Shown here piece after piece: positions 57,876 to 64,000 of a stretch of 64,000 nt of DNA; position 1 is the stretch's first letter; the number at the start of each line of letters is the position of its first letter. The position numbers and the translations under genes were made by a program. The notes under the pieces are model-generated. The model saw only the letters and a list, made by a program, of their open reading frames with translations. It searched no databases and was not told the DNA's origin. Source of the stretch: a virus. Location of the stretch: IMG/VR virus record IMGVR_UViG_3300032524_000070; one strand, given 5' to 3'.

Positions 57876-58657
57876 GCCACACCCTCATCCTCCGACTCGG
57901 TGACTGCACGGAGGTTCTCAAGGGGCTACCCGAGGGCTCCCTGGGGTCCATCGTGACCGATCCTCCCTACGGTCTGGAGTTCATGGGCAAGGAGTGGGAC
58001 GCTCCGTGGAAGACCGGGGCCGGGATGACGATGCCAGGCATCGGTGAACGAGCGATCCCCTGGCCCGCCTACGGTGGCAGCACCCCATTCGGCGGGGCGA
58101 ACCCCTCGTGCCAGACCTGCGGAGGTCGTCTCCGTGGAGCCAAGAAGTGCTCCTGTGAGGAGCCCGACTGGCGGGTAGCAGGAGAGGTCGTGGCTGACGG
58201 CATCCGCCACGGGGTCAGTGAGGCGGTTGTCCAGCGGCAGAAGTTCCAGGCGTGGTGTGTGACCTGGCTGGTGGAGTGCCATCGGGTGCTTCAGCCTGGC
58301 GGCATCATCAAGGTCTTCGGGGCCACACGGATGTTTCACCGGATGGCTGCCGCGATGGAGGAGGCGGGATTCTTGCTGCCGCCGGAGCACAGCCTCGAAG
58401 CCTGGGCCTACGGGAGCGGGTTCCCCAAGTACCTCAACACCTCGAAGGCCATCGATCAACATCTCGGCAAGAGCGATGAGCGGCCTGTGCTCGGCCGGGT
58501 GAAGGGGGCGGCTTCATCGAACACGGAGTCGCTCGGGGCCTACAACCCCGAGTACGACGCCACCACTGCCGCGACCCCGGAGGCAGCTCAGTTCGACGGG
58601 TACGCGACCGCTCTGAAGCCGGGCTGGGAGCCCTTCATTGTGGGGATCAAGACCTGA
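57872..58657 (+). CDS. DNA methyltransferase N-half 2 (catalytic DPPY, no SAM-binding motif I)
   Basis: GTG start; LGDC, TDPPYGLEFMGKEWD, CQTC...CSC insert; ends ALKPGWEPFIVGIKT. Confidence 0.85.
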   Translation: MSHTLILRLGDCTEVLKGLPEGSLGSIVTDPPYGLEFMGKEWDAPWKTGAGMTMPGIGERAIPWPAYGGSTPFGGANPSCQTCGGRLRGAKKCSCEEPDWRVAGEVVADGIRHGVSEAVVQRQKFQAWCVTWLVECHRVLQPGGIIKVFGATRMFHRMAAAMEEAGFLLPPEHSLEAWAYGSGFPKYLNTSKAIDQHLGKSDERPVLGRVKGAASSNTESLGAYNPEYDATTAATPEAAQFDGYATALKPGWEPFIVGIKT

Positions 58658-58677
58658 ATCCCTATCTCGTAGTTGAT

Positions 58678-58707
58678 CGGTGAGATAGAGGATCCTCCAT
58701 CTCACCG
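58678..58707. terminator. 30-bp near-perfect palindrome (terminator-like hairpin or operator)
   Basis: CGGTGAGATAGAGGATCCTCCATCTCACCG, one mismatch, just after the MTase operon; no U-tract. Confidence 0.45.
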
Positions 58708-58727
58708 CCTAAAACGTCTGGGCGGGG

Positions 58728-58756
58728 GGGCTCAGCCCCATCTGCGCCAGCGTAGT
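58728..58756 (+). promoter_or_regulatory. putative early promoter, copy E
   Basis: GGGCTCAG-N16-GTAGT. Confidence 0.65.
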
Positions 58757-58795
58757 GCCATGTACAACTAGGGGTTCATCCCCGGAAAGGTGTCC

Positions 58796-59956
58796 ATGAG
58801 CACTCACACGGCCCGTCAGAGCAAGAAGGCCATCCACGATTGGTTGGGGGTGCTGAACGCCATCCCCAGCACCGCCGTTACCACGGGCACGGTCCACATC
58901 ACCCCCGGGGACATCATCCGGGTGGATGAAACCCCGGCACTCCCGGGGATCAAGGACAAGTACCTGATCGGAGTGGAACAGCAGCGCACGTTGAACGTGG
59001 GGGCCGCCAGGAAGCTCCTGTCCAGCTTCCAGGACACCGCGCCCCACATCACCAGCGAGCTGACGCTGTGCAGGCCCCTGGCGGACCCCACCAACATCTA
59101 CGTCCCCGATGGCCAGACGCGCTTGCTGGCCCTGCTGCTCGGCCCGATGAGCAAGAGCTTCCGATTCACCATGTATGACGGGGTCACCCCGGAGCAGATG
59201 GTGGCCCTGTTCGAGCTGAACTCCTACCGGCGCAACACGTCCACCACGGACCGGATCTCGCTGCACCGTCACGACTCGCCCGTGTTCCAGCTCTCCAAGA
59301 CCCCGGATGAGCAGCTCAACCCTGTGTTCCGGCTGGTGCTCAAGGGGAACAAGACGGCTAGTCACCCGCCCAGGCTGAGCTGGATCGAGATGCTGGCGGG
59401 CTGGACCCTGGGGATGAACGGCAACGGAGTCCCCTCCTACCGGGCTCGCGAGGCCGCTGGCCGAGCCGCTTCGGCGTCCGGCTGGAACATGGACAAGGTG
59501 GAGCGGGTGTACCGCTCGGACGCCGGGATCCAGGCGTACCGGGACACCGAGCGGATGATCGCGGCGGTGCAGTTGGCGGCGCACCTCGCGCATCCGGTCA
59601 TCGTCGGGACGGACCGGGGCACCCTGAGCGACGTGGGGAAGGCTGTGGCCGCCCGGATGGCCACCTACGAGGCTGACAAAGCCAAGCCCTTCTGGCAGGC
59701 CGTACTGACCAACCCGAACCGCCGCGTCCACTCGTCCTTCTGGAACACCACGATGCTGCGCATCCTCTTCTGCCTGGTCCACGACAACGGCTGGGACGCG
59801 GTCTATCGGCGTCTGCCCTGGTTGGTGCGGGACATCGGCTCGATGGAGACGAAGCAGGGCTACACGTCGGGGACCGCCCCGCATCTGCGGGACCTCGTGG
59901 AGGACAACATCAACTACAACGCCCGGAGCGGAGCCATCAAGTTCCTGACCACCTGA
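58796..59956 (+). CDS. ParB/DGQHR-like domain protein
   Basis: QQRTLN...YVPDGQTRLLAL...ALFELN. Confidence 0.55.
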   Translation: MSTHTARQSKKAIHDWLGVLNAIPSTAVTTGTVHITPGDIIRVDETPALPGIKDKYLIGVEQQRTLNVGAARKLLSSFQDTAPHITSELTLCRPLADPTNIYVPDGQTRLLALLLGPMSKSFRFTMYDGVTPEQMVALFELNSYRRNTSTTDRISLHRHDSPVFQLSKTPDEQLNPVFRLVLKGNKTASHPPRLSWIEMLAGWTLGMNGNGVPSYRAREAAGRAASASGWNMDKVERVYRSDAGIQAYRDTERMIAAVQLAAHLAHPVIVGTDRGTLSDVGKAVAARMATYEADKAKPFWQAVLTNPNRRVHSSFWNTTMLRILFCLVHDNGWDAVYRRLPWLVRDIGSMETKQGYTSGTAPHLRDLVEDNINYNARSGAIKFLTT

Positions 59957-59969
59957 TCGGTCCTCGGAG

Positions 59970-60007
59970 ATACCCGGGTCGTGCCCACAGGAGCACGACC
60001 CGGGTAT
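59970..60007. terminator. perfect 15-bp hairpin with 8-nt loop
   Basis: ATACCCGGGTCGTGC-ccacagga-GCACGACCCGGGTAT right after the stop of the ParB-like gene. Confidence 0.55.
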
Positions 60008-60029
60008 GGTCTCGACGGAGATCACCAGC

Positions 60030-60377
60030 ATGAACGACAAGCCGAACGACATGGACCACATCTGCCCCGGCATCACCAAGACCGTCCACTGGCTCCAGAG
60101 CCACGGGTTCAAGACCACCGACTCCGGCGATGGGGTGAGCAACGAGGGGATGGAGTGCTCTCTCGACTTCCCCAACGTCTTCATGGTGACGGAACCGCAG
60201 CTCCTCATCTCCGACTGCAAGAGGTTGGCCCTCCTGCGCGGCGAGCAGGGCATCCAGGTCGGCGGCATGACGATGAACGGTGCTCCGAAGCCCCACGTCG
60301 AAGGCTCCTACGACCCCTCGGACGACGGGGCGATCATCAGCCTGTTCTACGTGGACGACAAGAAGCTGTTCGGGTAG
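60030..60377 (+). CDS. hypothetical protein
   Basis: PGITKTVHWLQSHGFKTTDSGDG; GGAG RBS before ATG 60030. Confidence 0.6.
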   Translation: MNDKPNDMDHICPGITKTVHWLQSHGFKTTDSGDGVSNEGMECSLDFPNVFMVTEPQLLISDCKRLALLRGEQGIQVGGMTMNGAPKPHVEGSYDPSDDGAIISLFYVDDKKLFG

Positions 60378-60410
60378 GCACAATCCCCCGTCCAGAACCC
60401 CGAGGAGCCG

Positions 60411-60767
60411 ATGCGTCTACGTCCCGATGAAATGCCTGTGTGGAACGATGACGGCACCTGGTCGTGTCGTCGCCACATCCCTGCGCATCGCTACCACGCG
60501 ACGGCACCCCGTTGCCCGATGGGCTGTCCCATCGAGCGCCCGGAGCGGCCCGGGGCGAAGCTCGTAGTGGTCCCGGAGCCCGTGCCGGTGGATCTGCCCT
60601 GGCAGGAGTTCGACCAGCTCGACGCAGAGGCCCTGGCGGCCTACGACATCCATCGGCTGCGGAAGTACGCGGCGAACGTGCTGCTCATCCGGGGTGCATC
60701 GAAGATCAGGGGCGGCAAGCCCGTGCTGATCGAGCGCATCGTCCAGCACCGCAGAGCGGTGGCCTAG
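60411..60767 (+). CDS. hypothetical protein with C-terminal SAP/Rho-N-like motif
   Basis: GAGGAG RBS; LRKYAANVLLIRGASKIRGGKPVLIERI. Confidence 0.55.
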   Translation: MRLRPDEMPVWNDDGTWSCRRHIPAHRYHATAPRCPMGCPIERPERPGAKLVVVPEPVPVDLPWQEFDQLDAEALAAYDIHRLRKYAANVLLIRGASKIRGGKPVLIERIVQHRRAVA

Positions 60768-61669
60768 AGCCACTCAAAGGCGTCGGGGTCGCCCAGTTTG
60801 ATGCCGTCCCCCCGGCACCACGCGACTGCCGGGGAAGTCGCAAAACCCACCAGCGGGCGCTCCAGCGAGTTCAGCCACCCATCCGGCATCGCCACGTGCC
60901 CGTGCAACCGGGTCAGAGCCTTGGAGCCCGTGGAGAGGGTGACTGGATGAGGCCACCCGTGCTTGACCTGCTCGTTCCACATCCGGTCGAAGCGGCCTTG
61001 CGGGGTCGGAGGCCCGTTGTGGCGGACGCCCATCCAGACGGTCTTCGTCTTGCCGTCCACCCTGGCACGCCCGAGGTAGACCCTCTGCTCGTTCGATCCG
61101 AAGGTGTTGAACTGGTAGACCCCGCCGACCACCAGATCCTTGACGGGGATGACGACCACCTTGGTCTTCGCGGCCTTCGTGGCGGCCTTCACCTGGGGCA
61201 CTTCGTCAGCCGGGGTGTAGAGTGCATGGGCCTTCGACCCGACCCGCTCCAGGCGGATCTGGCTGCCGTTGACGCACCACTGGAAGGTGGCCGGGATGAT
61301 GCCGCTCTTCGGCAGGCCTTCCCGCAGGAGGAGGGGCAGGAACACGTCTTCCCGCAGGTCCACGAGGTAGCCCTCGGGGGTGATGACCTTCCAGGCCCGA
61401 CCACCCTCGCCCCGCTGCTCGGCGTTGATGACGCGGTAGCTGTCCTTGGGGGTGTTCTCGACTTCGATGCCCTTGAGGCGGGAGTCGTCAGGGCGGGGGT
61501 GATACCCGGCAGCCCAATGCTGTGCGTTCTCGACGGTCTTCGCACCCCTGGCTACGAGCTGGTCGGAGACGGGGAATGCCATCCGGGCCTGGAACGTCCC
61601 GGCGGGGCTGGTGTGCGTGCCTTCGTTCCGGCAGAAGAACACGACCTTCTGTGGGATGTAGCCCTTCAT
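60764..61669 (-). CDS. hypothetical phage protein
   Basis: 301 aa, coupled; EQRGEGGRAWKVITPEGYLVDLREDV. Confidence 0.65.
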   Translation of the reverse strand: MKGYIPQKVVFFCRNEGTHTSPAGTFQARMAFPVSDQLVARGAKTVENAQHWAAGYHPRPDDSRLKGIEVENTPKDSYRVINAEQRGEGGRAWKVITPEGYLVDLREDVFLPLLLREGLPKSGIIPATFQWCVNGSQIRLERVGSKAHALYTPADEVPQVKAATKAAKTKVVVIPVKDLVVGGVYQFNTFGSNEQRVYLGRARVDGKTKTVWMGVRHNGPPTPQGRFDRMWNEQVKHGWPHPVTLSTGSKALTRLHGHVAMPDGWLNSLERPLVGFATSPAVAWCRGDGIKLGDPDAFEWL

Positions 61670-62427
61670 TCGTCGGCCTCCGGTTCGACTTCGTTGTCGT
61701 CATCATCCAGCGTGCGAATCTTGCCGATGGGGGCCGGAGCTTCGTAGCCCTCGGGCTTTTTGAGGAAGGCAGCCTCCAGGAAGTTCGGGACCAGGAGGCA
61801 GTGCTCGATCAGGTTGAGGTTGCGGCGGATGTACCCCTGTCGCTGCTCATCCGTGAGCCATGGGGTGCGTCGTGCGAGCCTGTGGCAGTCGATGATGAGA
61901 CGGTCGATGGCGGCGTGGCGGTCGCGGCTCTCGTTGGGGTTGGAGTGCCACATCTGCTCGGTGGCCTCCTTCAAGGCCACCTTGTCGAAGCCCTTGGAGC
62001 CGTCGCACACGATGAGGCGGCACCACATCTCGCCGTAGTCCTTGGTGGAGTCGTCGATGATGATGAACGGCGTGCCGATCAGGTCGTTCCAGATGAGGTA
62101 CTCACGGATGGGGTGGCCCCCGCCCGCGTTGCTGCTGGTCTGGCCCACCAGCACCTCCGGGTGCTTGAACCCCGCCGCCGTGAACATCGCCTTCATCTCG
62201 TCCAGCGTGTTCGTGTTCCATGCCGTGTTGAACACGACCTGTGCATCGAAGCGGTGCCTCTGGAGGAGTTGCCCGAGGTGCCCCACGAGTTCCGGGTTCA
62301 GTTCCCCGTGGTGCGGGCCACCGTGCTTGTTGCACACCCCGTCGATGTCGAGGAACACGAGCAGCTTCGTCGCCCCGTATCGGGCGGTCGGGGGCGGCTG
62401 CCAGGTGGTCGGCGGTTGTGGGGTCAC
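61666..62427 (-). CDS. HAD-superfamily phosphatase (Swiss-army-knife RNA repair-like HAD)
   Basis: VFLDIDGVCN motif I, FNTAW motif II, FIIIDD motif IV. Confidence 0.75.
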   Translation of the reverse strand: MTPQPPTTWQPPPTARYGATKLLVFLDIDGVCNKHGGPHHGELNPELVGHLGQLLQRHRFDAQVVFNTAWNTNTLDEMKAMFTAAGFKHPEVLVGQTSSNAGGGHPIREYLIWNDLIGTPFIIIDDSTKDYGEMWCRLIVCDGSKGFDKVALKEATEQMWHSNPNESRDRHAAIDRLIIDCHRLARRTPWLTDEQRQGYIRRNLNLIEHCLLVPNFLEAAFLKKPEGYEAPAPIGKIRTLDDDDNEVEPEADE

Positions 62428-62939
62428 AGGGAGTCCTCTGAACCGAGGCAGAGGGAGCCTCGGAGGTCGAAGTTGGCGTAGAACTCAGCGTCCGGCGAGC
62501 AGGAGACGTAGCCGGGCTTGAGTCCGGTGCCCTGCAATCCATACGCGCTCAGGGTGCCTAGCAAGGCCCCCTCGCTTCGCTTCAACCACGCGATGACCAG
62601 CGGGACGGTGAAGTCCCCGTGGGTCAGGACGCGGAGGGCCGCGAACAGGCGGTCGAGCTTGATGGTCTTGAAGGGCGGGTCGAAGACGATGAGCTTCGGC
62701 TTGAAGGACAGCGGCTCCGGGTGGTGGATGTCCCACGCTTTGAACCAGGGGGCACCCTCGAACCGGGTGTCGATGTCGAGCACGGTCGGGGGTCGGACCT
62801 TCCGCTTCTCGGCCATGTACTCCCCGAGACGGGGGCAGCAGAGGGCGACGGCATGGTGATGCTGCCAGACGAGCTGCCCGAGCCGGGCGAGCGTCGGCTC
62901 ATCGAACCAGTATTGCTCTCGCTGGTGGTCCTCTTCCAT
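62424..62939 (-). CDS. Efm5/EEF1AKMT1- or ZCCHC4-like (N6-adenineMlase family) methyltransferase
   Basis: EDHQREQYWFDEPT, ALCCPRL, LDIDTRF, WDIHHP, IVFDPPF. Confidence 0.65.
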   Translation of the reverse strand: MEEDHQREQYWFDEPTLARLGQLVWQHHHAVALCCPRLGEYMAEKRKVRPPTVLDIDTRFEGAPWFKAWDIHHPEPLSFKPKLIVFDPPFKTIKLDRLFAALRVLTHGDFTVPLVIAWLKRSEGALLGTLSAYGLQGTGLKPGYVSCSPDAEFYANFDLRGSLCLGSEDSL

Positions 62940-63271
62940 CACTCGGCCTTGAAAGCGTTGGCGTTCGACAGGACCCAGATCTCCTCACGTCCGTTGTCGG
63001 AGCCGATGGCGATGGTGTAGTCCGGTCCCACCAACAGGTAGGGCTTGGCCTCCTGTTGCTGCTCGACCGCGCTGTAGTCCGGGTCGTCACCCGGGTCGGT
63101 CAGGACGTGCCCGACCGGCCAGATGCCGAGGTCTCCGTACTGACCGATGGTCCAGGGGCGGTCGGTGTAGTCGATGATGCCGAGGTGGGGGTAGTCATCG
63201 TCGGCTGCGACGTGATCGAAGACGGCAGACCGACCGGCCTTGATGTTGAACAGGGCATTGAGCAGGGGCAT
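62939..63271 (-). CDS. hypothetical protein
   Basis: MPLLNALFNIK...; GGGAG RBS; coupled to the next gene. Confidence 0.6.
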   Translation of the reverse strand: MPLLNALFNIKAGRSAVFDHVAADDDYPHLGIIDYTDRPWTIGQYGDLGIWPVGHVLTDPGDDPDYSAVEQQQEAKPYLLVGPDYTIAIGSDNGREEIWVLSNANAFKAE

Positions 63272-63272
63272 G

Positions 63273-63767
63273 TCAGGCTCCCTTGTACCGGATGCCCGCC
63301 AGGGCGGCGATCTCGGCAGCCTCGCCCATGGCTTCGGCGTGACCGGCCATCTGGTCAGCGACCCAGAGCCCCGTGACGATGTTGATGGCGTGGTGGAAGT
63401 TGCTGGCGTCGAGTTCCTCCACGTCGGGCTCGGCGTAGGGGTCGTTGTTGCTGCGCTGGTCGGTCGTGACCCGCACCTTCCACTCGACCACTTCGAGTGG
63501 TCCGGCGATGCTGGGGCGGGAGCCGACGACGGGGACGATCTCGAAGGAGCCACCGTCGATGACGACGTACTCGTCGCCGACGACTTCGTGCTCATCCTCG
63601 AAGTCCACCTTGCGTACTTCGATGACGGGCGGGAGGGCATCACCGATCACTTCTTCGGGCACGCCCATGAGGACGGCGGCAAGTCGGTGGTCGAGGGTGG
63701 CATCAGGTTCCACAACGGAGCCGGACACCTGCGGCTGTACCAGGTCGGCTGATGACCTACCCCACAC
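63273..63767 (-). CDS. hypothetical acidic protein (start uncertain)
   Basis: High-GC3 frame ending next to the 63271 start. Confidence 0.5.
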   Translation of the reverse strand: MWGRSSADLVQPQVSGSVVEPDATLDHRLAAVLMGVPEEVIGDALPPVIEVRKVDFEDEHEVVGDEYVVIDGGSFEIVPVVGSRPSIAGPLEVVEWKVRVTTDQRSNNDPYAEPDVEELDASNFHHAINIVTGLWVADQMAGHAEAMGEAAEIAALAGIRYKGA

Positions 63768-63796
63768 GATTCACCGTGGCAGGTCAGTCGGACGGA

Positions 63797-64000
63797 ATGT
63801 GCTGGGCACGCTCCTGCATGTGGCCCGGTGAGGACAAGGGCACGTTCGTCCAGGGTCGGGGCTACACGAGCTACCACTCGGAGCCCCGGCCCATCTGTCA
63901 CCAGAACGCCACCCACGGCTGCCCAAACCCATTGCCGAACCCGGACCCAGAGGCCGCCCGGTGCTGCTTCCGACCCGAATACCACAAGAGGGGATCAGCC
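63797..64000 (+). CDS. possible 3'-truncated Cys-rich protein
   Basis: Open frame MCWARSCMWPGEDKG... running to the window end. Confidence 0.3.
   Translation, partial: MCWARSCMWPGEDKGTFVQGRGYTSYHSEPRPICHQNATHGCPNPLPNPDPEAARCCFRPEYHKRGSA

Noticed and set aside
57120-57880. MTase pieces as simple frameshifted pseudogene fragments
   Set aside because: The order is permuted (C-half first), the N-half is duplicated with identical end points, and the ORFs are coupled by ATGA/GTGA overlaps. A frameshift cannot produce this.
58660-58684. Sixth copy of the late promoter motif (ccctat...ggtga)
   Set aside because: It lacks CGGT and the G of GCCTAT, the spacing is 13, and the ggtga belongs to the palindrome.
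42364-59956. Phosphorothioate (Dnd) system from PAPS reductase plus DGQHR-like protein
   Set aside because: The reductase has canonical CysH C-terminal motifs (RSGRW, ECGxH) rather than DndC features, the two genes are ~16 kb apart, and no DndA/D/E is visible.
1-64000. CRISPR array, tRNA or rRNA genes
   Set aside because: No regularly spaced repeats or cloverleaf-like intergenic sequences seen; intergenic gaps are very short.

Overview
This is a high-GC (visually about two-thirds G+C) segment of a large, probably jumbo, contractile-tailed phage genome. Positions 1-41.5 kb form a + strand virion module: gp25-like and baseplate-J-like wedge genes, then very large tail/fibre/spike proteins, interrupted by three free-standing endonuclease genes. 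Positions 41.5-49.9 kb hold a SAP-like protein, a holin-like protein, a frameshifted cysH, a divergent cluster of small early-type genes and a peptidoglycan-binding protein. Positions 49.9-58.7 kb hold a SNF2 helicase, a loader-like protein, a DnaB-like helicase and an unusual DNA methyltransferase locus. Accessory genes fill the rest. Main observations: (1) Two endonucleases sit inside the 5' end of structural genes, with no intron or intein, and are followed by a rebuilt copy of the gene start (synonymously recoded MALDHG/MALDHG; divergent KGxFxFxMxDA duplicate). A third abuts a recoded 3' end. (2) A beta-class DNA methyltransferase is broken into modules: three tandem middle modules plus a SAM-binding half lacking DPPY in one ORF, and two separate DPPY catalytic halves. 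(3) Two promoter-like motifs recur: CGGT-N5-GCCTAT before structural/lysis genes and GGGCTCAG-N16-GTAGT before early-type genes. (4) One ORF resembles Efm5/ZCCHC4-type methyltransferases. All family assignments come from motif recognition by eye, not database searches.
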